From Bacillales bacterium (GTDB lineage: Bacteria > Bacillota > Bacilli > CAJFEE01): a stretch of DNA of 64,000 nucleotides. The stretch's first letter is position 1; every line of letters starts with the position of its first letter. Both the position numbers and the translations under genes were made by a program. A model generated the notes under the pieces. The model saw nothing but the letters and a program-made list of their open reading frames with translations, made no database searches and was not told where the DNA came from. Shown one piece after another: positions 21,942 through 32,386 of this stretch. The stretch lies in the NCBI GenBank assembly GCA_029256085.1, contig JAQSYP010000003.1, positions 3,891 to 67,890 of the forward strand. The letters are read 5' to 3'.

Positions 21942-23171
21942 ATGAAATTTTTCAATGTTCATACAGTTGAAGAAGTATTTAACTTAATCGACGATAAAAT
22001 CAAACCTATAGAATATACTGAAAAAGTTCTAATTAGCAACGCATTAAACCGAATATTATCAGTAGATATTTACTCTAATGAAAATGTTCCTAACTTTAGA
22101 CGTTCTACTGTAGATGGTTATGCTGTAAAAGCAGATGATACCTTTGGATCAAGCGAGTCAATGCCTGGTTTTCTTAACTTAATCGGTGAAATTAAGATGG
22201 GTGAGGAACCTTCTAGTGAAGTTAATTACGGAGAGGCAATGTATGTTCCAACAGGAGGAATGGTTCCTGACGGTGCTACTTCAGTAGTGATGATTGAACA
22301 CTGCGAAGAAATTGAATCACTTTTGAATGTTTATAGACAAGTTGCCCCGAATGAAAACATAATTCAGGTAGGGGAAGATATAAAAGTTAATGAACTTGTA
22401 CTGTCAAAAGGGAAGAAACTCCGAGCTCAAGAGCTTGGTGCGCTTTCTGCCTTAGGTATACTAGAAGTTGAAGTTTATAAGAAGATAAAAGTCGGCTATA
22501 TTTCAACTGGTGATGAGATAGTTACACCTGACACCATTAAATTAGAAATGGGTAAGGTTAGAGATGTTAATGCAATTACTCTCAACTCTATTTGTAAGCA
22601 AATGGATATTGATTTTATTTACGGAGGTATTGTTAAAGATAGTGAAGATGAGCTTTACAGAGTTACATCGAATTTATTAGCAGAAGTTGATTGCCTAATA
22701 CTTTCAGGTGGTAGTTCAGTTGGAACTAAAGACTACTCTGTAGATGTTATAAATAAATTAGGCAAACCAGGGGTATTTACCCATGGGATTTCTGTAAAAC
22801 CAGGCAAACCGACGATATTATCTATCGCAAATGACAAGCCTGTTATTGGATTACCGGGCCATCCTGTTTCTGCTTTAATAATATTTAAAGTGTTTGGAAC
22901 TACTATCCTTAATAAATATTCTGGTAACCGTAGTAGCTTATTTATTAATAAGATAACAGCTAAACTTACGAAAAATATCCCTTCAGCTGCTGGTAGGGCA
23001 GACTATATAAGAGTTAGCCTAGAAAAAACGGAAACTGGCTGGGATGCGACTCCTATTTTTGGGAAGTCAGGATTAATATCAACTTTAGTATCAAGTGAAG
23101 GTATTGCTGAAATTCCATCGGCTAAAGAAGGGGTTTTAGCTGGAGAATTAATAGAAGTAATACTTTTCTAA
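21942..23171 (+). CDS. moeA: Molybdopterin molybdotransferase MoeA.
   Basis: MoeA N, MoCF-biosynthesis and C-terminal domains. GAAGGA RBS before the ATG at 21942. Confidence 0.8.
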   Translation: MKFFNVHTVEEVFNLIDDKIKPIEYTEKVLISNALNRILSVDIYSNENVPNFRRSTVDGYAVKADDTFGSSESMPGFLNLIGEIKMGEEPSSEVNYGEAMYVPTGGMVPDGATSVVMIEHCEEIESLLNVYRQVAPNENIIQVGEDIKVNELVLSKGKKLRAQELGALSALGILEVEVYKKIKVGYISTGDEIVTPDTIKLEMGKVRDVNAITLNSICKQMDIDFIYGGIVKDSEDELYRVTSNLLAEVDCLILSGGSSVGTKDYSVDVINKLGKPGVFTHGISVKPGKPTILSIANDKPVIGLPGHPVSALIIFKVFGTTILNKYSGNRSSLFINKITAKLTKNIPSAAGRADYIRVSLEKTETGWDATPIFGKSGLISTLVSSEGIAEIPSAKEGVLAGELIEVILF

Positions 23172-23189
23172 CGGGTGTGTGATGCAAAT

Positions 23190-25106
23190 ATGATAAAAAA
23201 TAAATATGAACGTAAAATTTATCTATCAGATATTCCTAGGGAAAAGGCTCTTGAGCAAATATTATCACAATATAAACCGAAACTTAGGACAGTAACTAAA
23301 AATGCGACTGAGTCGATAGGAAACGTAACAGCCGAACCAATTTATGCAAAGAGATCTGTACCACATTATCATGCATCTGCAATGGACGGTATAGCGGTTA
23401 TAGCAGAAAGAACATTTGAAGCTAATGACAATAATCCTTTGCGCTTAATAAAAGGTGAAGACTACTGCATAGTAGATACTGGTAATGAAATAAAGTCTCC
23501 ATATGATTCAGTAATAATGATTGAAAATGTACAAGAGATTGATGAAAATATAGTAGAAATAATAGAACCAGCTACCCCATGGCAACATATTAGACCGATC
23601 GGTGAAGATATGGTCCAAGGTGAAATGCTATTTACGCAAGGTCATAAAATCAGACCAGTGGATCTTGGGGTACTTCTTTCAAGTGGCAATCAATCTGTAA
23701 AGGTTGTTATGCCTCCTAAAGTCACAATAATACCTACTGGTAATGAGCTAGTTTATCCTAGTGAAACAATTGAACCTGGAAAGATTGTTGAATTTAATGG
23801 ATCTGTTATGGCTGCATTCGTATCAGAGTGGGGCGGGCAACCTTTATTACACGAAATAGTAAAAGATAGTCCAGATTCAATTAAAGAAGCGCTTATAAAT
23901 GCTTCGAGGGATTCTGATGTAGTTATAATTAACGCAGGATCGTCTGCTGGATCAAAAGATTATACAGTTCATATAATCTCTGAAATTGGGAAAGTATTTA
24001 CACATGGCGTTGCAACTAGACCAGGAAAACCTGTTATCCTAGGAGAAATTAACGGAACAATAGTAGTTGGATTACCAGGATATCCAGTTTCAGCATATTT
24101 AGCATTGGAATGGTTTATAAAACCGTTAATAAATAAATATAACAATAATAACCATTGTAATAGGCATAAAATTAGTGCTAAACTTGGTCGTAGAATTGTG
24201 TCTACAATGGGTTCAGAAGATTTTGTACGTGTGACTTTAGGGAATATTAATGGAGAGCTAATTGCTAATCCATTGACTAGAGCTGCAGGAGTTACAATGT
24301 CGCTAGTGAAAGCAGATGGTTTACTTGTTGTTCCATCTAACGTCGTTGGTTTTGAACAAGGTGATTATGTTGAAATTGAACTTTATAAATCTATTGAAGA
24401 TATAGAAAAGTCAATAACTATAACAGGTAGTCATGATCTTGCCATAGATATATTGCACTCAATTCTAAAAAATACTAATACTGAGCAGACAATTACATCT
24501 ACTCACGTCGGAAGTATGGCAGGAATAATGGCAATTAAAAAAGGCGAGGCTCATATCGCTGGAATTCATCTGTTAGATCCAGAAACAAAAACGTATAATA
24601 TTCCTTACGTAAAAAAGCATCTAAAAGATAATAATATTGTTATATTGCCTTTTGTAAAAAGAATGCAAGGATGGATTACATCTAGTAATAATTTAAATGA
24701 ATATAGAAATGTTTCTGACCTTGTAAAAAACAAAATACCGTTTGTAAATAGACAAAAAGGTGCAGGAACTAGGATTCTCTTTGACTTGATACTAAGAGAC
24801 AATAACATTAAGCCATCTGAGATTCTTGGATATAATCGTGAGATGTTTACGCATCTAAGTGTTGCTGCAGAAGTTGCACAAACAAATAGTGTAGGACTTG
24901 GAATAGCTCCAGCTGCAGAAGCCATGGGATGTAGTTTCATACCAGTAGCTGAAGAATCATATGATTTACTTATGACTAAGGAATTTTTTGAAAGTCATTC
25001 TGGACAAACGTTATATAAAATCATAACTAGTTTAGAATTCAAACAAGAGGTTGAAAAAATTTCAGGTTATAAGGTTGATACTAATATAGAACCAATTTAT
25101 ATTTAA
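23190..25106 (+). CDS. MoeA-like molybdopterin molybdotransferase fused to a C-terminal periplasmic-binding-protein-like (substrate-binding) domain. The start is uncertain (23175 GTG versus 23190 ATG).
   Basis: N-terminal two-thirds is paralogous to MoeA. The C-terminal ~230 aa resembles a PBP/LysR-substrate-binding fold. Confidence 0.7.
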   Translation: MIKNKYERKIYLSDIPREKALEQILSQYKPKLRTVTKNATESIGNVTAEPIYAKRSVPHYHASAMDGIAVIAERTFEANDNNPLRLIKGEDYCIVDTGNEIKSPYDSVIMIENVQEIDENIVEIIEPATPWQHIRPIGEDMVQGEMLFTQGHKIRPVDLGVLLSSGNQSVKVVMPPKVTIIPTGNELVYPSETIEPGKIVEFNGSVMAAFVSEWGGQPLLHEIVKDSPDSIKEALINASRDSDVVIINAGSSAGSKDYTVHIISEIGKVFTHGVATRPGKPVILGEINGTIVVGLPGYPVSAYLALEWFIKPLINKYNNNNHCNRHKISAKLGRRIVSTMGSEDFVRVTLGNINGELIANPLTRAAGVTMSLVKADGLLVVPSNVVGFEQGDYVEIELYKSIEDIEKSITITGSHDLAIDILHSILKNTNTEQTITSTHVGSMAGIMAIKKGEAHIAGIHLLDPETKTYNIPYVKKHLKDNNIVILPFVKRMQGWITSSNNLNEYRNVSDLVKNKIPFVNRQKGAGTRILFDLILRDNNIKPSEILGYNREMFTHLSVAAEVAQTNSVGLGIAPAAEAMGCSFIPVAEESYDLLMTKEFFESHSGQTLYKIITSLEFKQEVEKISGYKVDTNIEPIYI

Positions 25107-25128
25107 AGAGAAAAAGGGGGACGTTTTA

Positions 25129-25326
25129 ATGTTCAACAATATCGGTGTACCAGGGCTTATTTTAATTTTATTCTTAGTACTAATAATTTTTGGTCCAAAA
25201 AAGCTTCCTGAAATTGGTAGAGCTTTTGGGCAAACATTAAAAGAGTTTAAGAAATCTACTAATGAATTAACAAAAGACATTACAGAAGAAGTAGCAGAAG
25301 TTAAAGACGAGATTAAAAAATTATAA
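25129..25326 (+). CDS. tatA: Twin-arginine translocase subunit TatA/E.
   Basis: 65-aa single TM plus amphipathic helix, with the [11 protein letters not shown] signature. Confidence 0.9.
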   Translation: MFNNIGVPGLILILFLVLIIFGPKKLPEIGRAFGQTLKEFKKSTNELTKDITEEVAEVKDEIKKL

Positions 25327-25421
25327 TTTAAAAATTAAAAGACGAATCTTATATGATTCGCTTTTTCTTTTTGGGCAAAAATATTAAAATTAAGATTATA
25401 CAATATCTTACGAGGTGAGAA

Positions 25422-26840
25422 ATGAATAACCTTTTACGTCAATTGCCACCAATTCATGAGTTACAAAGAAACGATGCATACGAAATATTAAAGAATAAGC
25501 TCAAAGTTGGTGATGAACTAATAACGAATATATTAAAAATAGAAGTCGATGATCTAAGAAAGTTAATCCTTTCGAAAGGGAATTTAGATATTGATAATAT
25601 TGAAAAATATCTATTTGAAAAAGTTAAACACCATTTAAGTAGACTACTACAACCAAGATTAAAAAGAGTAATAAATGCAAGTGGAACAGTCTTACATACA
25701 AATTTAGGTCGATCAAGATTAAGTGACGACGCTATTACAAGAGTTGTTGAAGTAGCTAGAAATTATTCAAACCTTGAATATAATTTAGCTGAGGGTAAGC
25801 GTGGCTCCCGTCATTCAATAATTGAAGAATGGGTTAAATTAGCAACAGGTGCTGAGGCAGCTATGGTAGTAAATAATAATGCAGCAGCCGTTTACCTAAT
25901 TCTTAGAGCACTCGCTAAAGACAAAGAAGTTATTGTTTCGAGGGGGCAATTAGTCGAAATAGGTGGTTCATTTAGAGTTTCATCAATTATGGAGGAAAGT
26001 GGAGCCAAACTGAAAGAGATAGGCACAACTAATAAAACTCATATTAGCGACTATGAAGCTGCTATAACTGAAAATACAGCAATGCTATTAAAAGTACATA
26101 CTTCAAACTTTAAAATTATTGGATTTACAAAAACTGTAGAGTCCGATGAGTTAGTTCAGTTAAGTAATAAACACGACAATGTCATTGTCTATGAAGATTT
26201 AGGCAGTGGTGTTTTATATGACTATAAGAAAGATTGCATTGGGGATGAACCTCTAGTTAAAAGTGTATTAGATCAAGGTGTTGATATTGTTTCTTTTAGT
26301 GGAGATAAACTTCTTGGTGGACCTCAAGCAGGAATAATTGCGGGTAAAAAGCATCTAATTGAAAAACTAAAGAAAAATCAACTAGCACGAGTTCTTAGGG
26401 TTGATAAAATGACCTTAGCTGCATTAGAGGCAACAATATCCGCCTATGTTAGAGGAAATGAATATGCTAAAAGTATTCCAACCGTTAGGAATCTAGTTGA
26501 AACAAAGGATGTTGTTCATCAAAAGGCAATGATGATGGTTGATAAATTAGAATCTACTTCTAGAGGTTATTCTACACGTATCATAGAAGATGTTTCTGAA
26601 ATAGGTGGAGGTACTATGCCTGGTACAACTATCCCAACTTATGTTGTAGAGGTAAAGCATGATGTGGTTTCTACATCATTAATAGATAAAAAACTACATG
26701 AAAATGAAGTAAGTATTATTGGAAGAATCCAAAATGATAAAATCATATTCGATTTACGTACGGTAGAAATTGATGAGATACAAACGATTATAAATGCATT
26801 AATAAAACTTGAGGAACAATATGATTTATCCAGAAAATGA
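25422..26840 (+). CDS. selA: L-seryl-tRNA(Sec) selenium transferase SelA.
   Basis: PLP-lysine motif FSGDKLLGGPQAG. 472 aa. Confidence 0.9.
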   Translation: MNNLLRQLPPIHELQRNDAYEILKNKLKVGDELITNILKIEVDDLRKLILSKGNLDIDNIEKYLFEKVKHHLSRLLQPRLKRVINASGTVLHTNLGRSRLSDDAITRVVEVARNYSNLEYNLAEGKRGSRHSIIEEWVKLATGAEAAMVVNNNAAAVYLILRALAKDKEVIVSRGQLVEIGGSFRVSSIMEESGAKLKEIGTTNKTHISDYEAAITENTAMLLKVHTSNFKIIGFTKTVESDELVQLSNKHDNVIVYEDLGSGVLYDYKKDCIGDEPLVKSVLDQGVDIVSFSGDKLLGGPQAGIIAGKKHLIEKLKKNQLARVLRVDKMTLAALEATISAYVRGNEYAKSIPTVRNLVETKDVVHQKAMMMVDKLESTSRGYSTRIIEDVSEIGGGTMPGTTIPTYVVEVKHDVVSTSLIDKKLHENEVSIIGRIQNDKIIFDLRTVEIDEIQTIINALIKLEEQYDLSRK

Positions 26841-27480
26841 TTGGAAACAACTTATTAAAAGAGAAAATGTTAAAGGATACTTTCAAGATTTAATTAAAGT
26901 TATTGACCAGCAATATAAAGAATTTACTGTGTACCCAAAGCAAGAAAATATTTTTAATGCTCTGATTCAAACGTCTCTAGAGGATGTAAAAGTTGTTATT
27001 TTAGGACAAGATCCTTATCACAATATTAATCAGGCAAATGGTCTTGCCTTTTCAGTGAATTCAGATGAGAAAATACCCCCATCACTTAGAAATATTTTGA
27101 AAGAAGTTAAAGAAGATAACGGAAATTCTATTCTTTCTTGCGGTGATTTAACTCAATGGTCTAAACAGGGAGTATTATTGTTAAATGCAGCTTTAACAGT
27201 GAGAGAAGGGGAACCAGAATCTCATAAAAAAATTGGATGGGAAATATTCACAGATGAAGTTATACGTGAAGTTAACAATAAGACACAACCTGTAGTTTTC
27301 ATGCTTTGGGGTAGACATGCAGCAAAGAAAGAGGTACTAATAACAAATGTAAATCATCTAGTACTGAAAGCAGCTCATCCAAGCCCTTTATCGGCAAATA
27401 GAGGTTTTTTTGGATGTAAACACTTTTCCGCCTGCAATAAATTTTTAAATAGGAATGAATTAACTGAAATAAATTGGTAA
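26821..27480 (+). CDS. ung: Uracil-DNA glycosylase (family 1).
   Basis: GQDPYH and GLAFSV motifs. Overlaps the selA end by 20 nt. Confidence 0.85.
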   Translation: MIYPENDWKQLIKRENVKGYFQDLIKVIDQQYKEFTVYPKQENIFNALIQTSLEDVKVVILGQDPYHNINQANGLAFSVNSDEKIPPSLRNILKEVKEDNGNSILSCGDLTQWSKQGVLLLNAALTVREGEPESHKKIGWEIFTDEVIREVNNKTQPVVFMLWGRHAAKKEVLITNVNHLVLKAAHPSPLSANRGFFGCKHFSACNKFLNRNELTEINW

Positions 27481-27575
27481 ACCTAACAATGTATAAGGGA
27501 TAACATGAATCATATTATCCATATTATTAAAATGCATACATAAAGTATGGATTTTACTCTTAAAGGAGGTAAAAT

Positions 27576-28055
27576 ATGAAAAAGTGGTTTGAAGAGAATA
27601 TGATTGCGAGTATTCTTTTGGCAATCCTACGTATATACTTAGGTTTTTCATGGTTAAGTTCAGGATGGTCAAAGGCAACTGGTGAAGGGTTTACAGCTGA
27701 AGGGTTCTTAAAAGGAGCACTTGGACAAACTACGGGTGATCATCCAAGCGTATTACCGTTTTGGGGTGGATTTCTGGAAAACGTGGCACTACCAAATGTC
27801 GGGCTTTTCAATTTCTTAGTAGTTTACGGTGAAATAGCAATTGGAATTGCCCTAATTATTGGTTTATTTACTAGAACAGCTTTAATATTTAGTTTGATTA
27901 TGAATTTCTCATTTATGTTCAGTGGTTCAACCGGTGTTAATCCATATTACGTACTATATGCACTAATTTTATTAATAGGTGGTAGAAATACGGGTAAATA
28001 TGGTGTTGATGGTCTTATTATTGCTAAAAGGTTTGGTAATAGAGCAAGAATGTGA
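27576..28055 (+). CDS. DoxX family membrane protein.
   Basis: 4-TM DoxX signature. Confidence 0.7.
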   Translation: MKKWFEENMIASILLAILRIYLGFSWLSSGWSKATGEGFTAEGFLKGALGQTTGDHPSVLPFWGGFLENVALPNVGLFNFLVVYGEIAIGIALIIGLFTRTALIFSLIMNFSFMFSGSTGVNPYYVLYALILLIGGRNTGKYGVDGLIIAKRFGNRARM

Positions 28056-28107
28056 TATAAATAAACTAGAGCTAGCAAAATGCTGGCTCTAGTTTTATGA
28101 TTAAGAT

Positions 28108-28485
28108 TTATTTAACAACTTCATAATTCCAAGACTGCATTCCACCTTCTACATTATATACAGTCTTAAATCCATTGTTTATAAGAATATCACTTGCACT
28201 TTGTGAACGATTACCACTTCTGCATATTACGAGAATTTCTTTTTCTTTATCTAATTCTCCTAATTGTGCTTCTAAAGTCTGAAGTGGAAATAGCTTCGCT
28301 TCAGGTATATGACCTGAATTATATTCTTCTATTGTTCTTACATCAATTAGAACTACTTCATCTGGATTAGAACCTAGCATGTTTTTCGCTTCCTCAGTTG
28401 TGACATTTTTCCAACCAGAACTACTACAACCACTGATAAATACTGAGATTAAAACAAAGAAAATAATTTTACTAAAAAATTTCAT
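28108..28485 (-). CDS. Rhodanese-domain lipoprotein (single-domain sulfurtransferase).
   Basis: Lipobox LISVFISGC. Active-site loop CRSGNRS. Confidence 0.8.
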   Translation of the reverse strand: MKFFSKIIFFVLISVFISGCSSSGWKNVTTEEAKNMLGSNPDEVVLIDVRTIEEYNSGHIPEAKLFPLQTLEAQLGELDKEKEILVICRSGNRSQSASDILINNGFKTVYNVEGGMQSWNYEVVK

Positions 28486-28781
28486 ATTTAGTCACCTCGT
28501 AAGTATACCCTTTAGGGTATTATATATATATAAATTATAAGTTAACATAAGTAAGGGTACAATTATAATTTAGAAGTTTTGTAACAAAAATCTAGCATTT
28601 TGAACAATTTGTGAAAAAAGTATCGAGAATTTATCGATTTATCTCCAGTACACAGAATGTTCAAACCTGAGCATATGAACTTTAATAGTTTCCTATTATA
28701 TTTATAGTAAGAACCTATTATGTAAGCGTTTATATGCGGCTTGAAATTAACATGTCAGATATTTTTTAAGGGGTTGAATCA

Positions 28782-29804
28782 ATGTTTAAGAAATTAATAG
28801 CTACAGTAACGACTATGATATTAGTTCTATCACCTTTTACATTAGTAGCTAACGCAGAAACTAATACGGTGGATCTTCAGAAATTCCCGTACAAATCAGT
28901 TGCAATCCAGGTTATGCCAGAATATGATTATCCACAAAATTATCCAACGGATCAGCCAGTTGTGTTAGTGGGGTACTATGGTACGATGACTAATAAAACC
29001 GGAAGTGATTACAATGGAGAAATCGCTATTCCACTTCCAGTAAACGAAAAATATTTTCAAATATATATAGCTGCAGAATTCCCAGAGGAAAATAAGCCTG
29101 AAGTTCAGAGACCTTATAAGATCGATAAAGAAAAAGGTCTTATAACTTGGAAACCTTCTAATCCTATTAAAAAGGATGCAGATTATAAGTTTGTAGTAGA
29201 ATATTATTCGAATCCGATAGAAGTTGGAGATTCTAAGAAGTTTCCATTTGTATATACTGCACCTGCAAATGTAGATGCAATCGATATTCTGTTCTTTGCT
29301 CCGGCAAAATCAACAGATTTCAAAACAGATATTCCAGCAACAACAGTTTCTAAGACTGACTATAATGAAACACTTCTTGCATACCAGTATAAAAACCTAA
29401 AGGCTGGAGAGAAGAAAGCTTTTAACGTTTCTTATGTAAAAAAGGACAACTCTTCAACACTATCGAATATTAAACAGAACCCACCTGAAGCGAATCAATC
29501 AGGGTCAAATACTACAACTACAGAAAGTAGACCTATAATTGACGCTGTAGGGGCTTCGATAATTGGTGGATCTTTAATAATAATGGGATTTTTCATTTTC
29601 TTAGGATATAAACAAAAAGGTTCAACACCACCTTCTAAGAGTAATGTAAAGCACAAGAACAGTTCAACAAAGCAGCAACAGTCGGCACCAAAGAAAAATA
29701 ATAGCGTGTCAGTAATGGATGAGAAGAAAAAGCTTAGAAAAATGTTGCTTAATGGCGAGATAGATCAAGAAACTTACGAACTTAAACTATCAAAATTAGA
29801 ATAA
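28782..29804 (+). CDS. Uncharacterised bitopic membrane protein with a signal peptide, an ~250-aa extracytoplasmic domain, one TM and a cytoplasmic SHOCT-like tail. Paralogous in architecture to the 33287-34279 product.
   Basis: Signal peptide …LVANA. TM GASIIGGSLIIMGFFIFLGY. C-terminal LRKMLLNGEIDQETYELKLSKLE (SHOCT pattern). Confidence 0.6.
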   Translation: MFKKLIATVTTMILVLSPFTLVANAETNTVDLQKFPYKSVAIQVMPEYDYPQNYPTDQPVVLVGYYGTMTNKTGSDYNGEIAIPLPVNEKYFQIYIAAEFPEENKPEVQRPYKIDKEKGLITWKPSNPIKKDADYKFVVEYYSNPIEVGDSKKFPFVYTAPANVDAIDILFFAPAKSTDFKTDIPATTVSKTDYNETLLAYQYKNLKAGEKKAFNVSYVKKDNSSTLSNIKQNPPEANQSGSNTTTTESRPIIDAVGASIIGGSLIIMGFFIFLGYKQKGSTPPSKSNVKHKNSSTKQQQSAPKKNNSVSVMDEKKKLRKMLLNGEIDQETYELKLSKLE

Positions 29805-29819
29805 TAGGGGGAAAATAAG

Positions 29820-30284
29820 ATGAGTAAAAATGCAAAAATGATTGGTGGATCTCTAGTAATTGCAGTTGCGATTTTATTCCTATTAATTGCGGCAACACCA
29901 GGTTCAAGTGGAGTAGAGCTTAAATTAGCTGAACTACTAAAAGATCAACAAGAGTACACAGATGATTATGTAACTGTTGAAGGATTATTAATCGAGGATT
30001 CTATTAAATGGGATGCAGATAAAATCCAACTTAAATTTGACGTTCAAGATGAGAACGGTAAGAAGTTAAGTGTAATATATAACGGTGTTAAACCTGATAA
30101 TTTTTCTGAAGGTGTAATTACAATTTTACAAGGTAGTCCTGACGAGGAAAAAGCTGGTTTATTCCATGCAGAAACTGTAAAAACAAGATGTCCTTCAAAA
30201 TATGAAGGTGAGGACATGAAGAACTACGATCCAGAAGCTCACAAAGATAAGTTAAATAAAAAATCAGAAGAAGAGACAAAATAA
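29820..30284 (+). CDS. ccmE: Cytochrome c-type biogenesis heme chaperone CcmE, variant with a C-x3-Y (CPSKY) heme-binding motif in place of H-x3-Y.
   Basis: N-terminal TM. OB-fold core aligns with E. coli CcmE ([21 protein letters not shown] ~ [34 protein letters not shown] ~ AKEVLAKHDENYT). Confidence 0.8.
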   Translation: [154 protein letters not shown]

Positions 30285-30317
30285 AACTAAACTAGTAAAT
30301 TGAAAGGTGAAAACCAA

Positions 30318-32300
30318 ATGTATCTATTAGGAAACATATCAATTTACCTAGGATTAGCATTATCAATTTATTCACTAATTGTTTTAGTACTTGGTGTTAT
30401 TAAACAAAACCAAAGACTAATTAACAGCGGTAAAGGTGCTGCAATTAGTGTATTTATTTCTATGGCTACTGCAACTGCAGTAATGCTATACTTCCTAGGT
30501 ACATCTAACTTTCAGATTGAATACGTAAGAGATTACACAAGTTCTGAACTTCCAATGGGTTATAAGTTATCAGCACTTTGGGCAGGAAACTCTGGGTCTT
30601 TAATGCTTTGGAATTTATTCTTAACGATGTATATTGTTATGATTGTATTTTCAAGAAAACTTAAAGGGACTCCGTTTATTCCTTATGTTACGGCTATACT
30701 AATGGGTAATGCAGTGTTTTTCTACTTTGTATTAGGGTTTGTTGCTAAACCTTTCGTTCTGTTAGAGACAGCTCCTGCAGAAGGACACGGCTTAAATCCG
30801 ATGTTACAAAATCCTGGTATGTTAATACATCCAGTAACACTTTATTTAGGTTATGTTGGACTAGCTGTACCATTTGCATTTGCTATGGCAGCTTTAATAA
30901 TCAAAAATATGGATGATTTCTGGATTAAGATAACGAGAAGATGGACAATCATCGCTTGGTTATTCTTGAGTTTAGGTAATATTTTAGGTGCTCAGTGGGC
31001 ATACGTGGAATTAGGATGGGGTGGCTATTGGGCATGGGATCCAGTAGAAAATGCATCATTCATGCCATGGCTAACAGCTACTGCATATCTACACTCAGTA
31101 ATGATTCAAGAACGTAAAAACATGTTAAAAGTTTGGAATATAGCATTAATTATTACTTCGTATGCATTAACGTTATTTGGGACTTTCCTAGTACGAAGTG
31201 GAGTTCTTACATCAGTACATGCTTTTGCGAACTCTTCACTAGGTACATGGTTCTTAGTGTATATGACTATCGCATTACTAGGCGGACTTTATGTTGTGTT
31301 TAGTAGATATCATTTAATTAAACGCGATGCTGGTCAATTCCAGTCATACTTATCAAAAGAAAGTAGCTTCCTATTTAATAACCTTATCTTAGTTGGATCT
31401 GCTTTTGCGGTATTCTGGGGAACAATATTCCCAATCGTATCAGAAGCTATTAAAGGTAAGAAAGTAACAGTAGGTATACCTTTCTTTAACACTGTACAAG
31501 CTCCGTTACTTTTATCATTAATTTTTATCATGGCAGTTTGTCCACTAATCGCTTGGCAGAGATCTTCTGGGAAAAACTTAGTTAAGAATTTCTTAATACC
31601 GGCATTAGTAAGTTTAGGGATAGCAATACTTTTATTTATACTTGAAGTTACAAAGCCTTGGGCATTAATTAGTTATACGGTAGTTGCATTTATGATTCTT
31701 ACTCACGTTTCAGAATTTATCAAAGGAACAAGAGCTAGAATGAAAATGACAGGTGAAATGATTCCTGTAGCATTATATCGTTTAGCTGTTAGAAATCGCA
31801 GAAGATACGGTGGGTATATCGTCCATTTTGGTATTGCGTTAATAGCACTAGGCATCATTGGTTCACAGAACTATGAGACAGAAATAATGAAAACAGTATC
31901 TCAAGGTGAAGTAATTAGAATAAACAACTATGCTATTACTTATGAGAAATTAGATCAAAAGTCGGAAGGCATAAATGATATTATCTATGCTGATCTATCA
32001 ATTCAACACGCTGGAAAACCAATTGGTATTTTCGAACCTGAGAAGGTTTTCTACGGTAACTGGGATCAACCATCTACAGAAGTTTCTCTTTACAGTACAT
32101 GGAAAGAAGACTTATATATTACATTAAATAACTGGGAAGATGATGGACGAGCGACATTCCATATCAAGGTAATTCCAGGAATGCAGTTAATGTGGACAGG
32201 TTCTATATTATTAGTTATAGGAACGTTGTTTGCAATTTGGAGTGGTAAGTTTGGTAATATTACTCCAAGATACACAGGTAATCAAAAAGACGTATTTTAA
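30318..32300 (+). CDS. ccmF: Cytochrome c-type biogenesis protein CcmF (heme lyase subunit).
   Basis: WWD domain WGGYWAWDPVENASFMPWL. Polytopic, about 660 aa. Confidence 0.9.
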   Translation: MYLLGNISIYLGLALSIYSLIVLVLGVIKQNQRLINSGKGAAISVFISMATATAVMLYFLGTSNFQIEYVRDYTSSELPMGYKLSALWAGNSGSLMLWNLFLTMYIVMIVFSRKLKGTPFIPYVTAILMGNAVFFYFVLGFVAKPFVLLETAPAEGHGLNPMLQNPGMLIHPVTLYLGYVGLAVPFAFAMAALIIKNMDDFWIKITRRWTIIAWLFLSLGNILGAQWAYVELGWGGYWAWDPVENASFMPWLTATAYLHSVMIQERKNMLKVWNIALIITSYALTLFGTFLVRSGVLTSVHAFANSSLGTWFLVYMTIALLGGLYVVFSRYHLIKRDAGQFQSYLSKESSFLFNNLILVGSAFAVFWGTIFPIVSEAIKGKKVTVGIPFFNTVQAPLLLSLIFIMAVCPLIAWQRSSGKNLVKNFLIPALVSLGIAILLFILEVTKPWALISYTVVAFMILTHVSEFIKGTRARMKMTGEMIPVALYRLAVRNRRRYGGYIVHFGIALIALGIIGSQNYETEIMKTVSQGEVIRINNYAITYEKLDQKSEGINDIIYADLSIQHAGKPIGIFEPEKVFYGNWDQPSTEVSLYSTWKEDLYITLNNWEDDGRATFHIKVIPGMQLMWTGSILLVIGTLFAIWSGKFGNITPRYTGNQKDVF

Positions 32301-32309
32301 TTAAAGCAG

Positions 32310-32346
32310 CTGGGGGAGAGTCTTTCTCCCCAGAGCTTTTTTTGAG
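32310..32346 (+). terminator. Strong intrinsic terminator between ccmF and the ccmH-like gene.
   Basis: ctgggggagag-tctt-tctccccag hairpin followed by TTTTTTT. Confidence 0.65.
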
Positions 32347-32386
32347 TATATAAGGTATTTCAAAAGCTACCCAAGGGGGTAAAAAA

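Noticed and set aside
24605-25280. Minus-strand ORFs 24605-24940 and 25062-25280.
   Set aside because: Antisense to the MoeA-PBP fusion and tatA genes, with no supporting signals.
28486-28781. Fnr/CRP-like site TGAACAATTTGTGAA in the ccm upstream region.
   Set aside because: The half-sites are not inverted repeats of each other (TGAACA versus TGTGAA).
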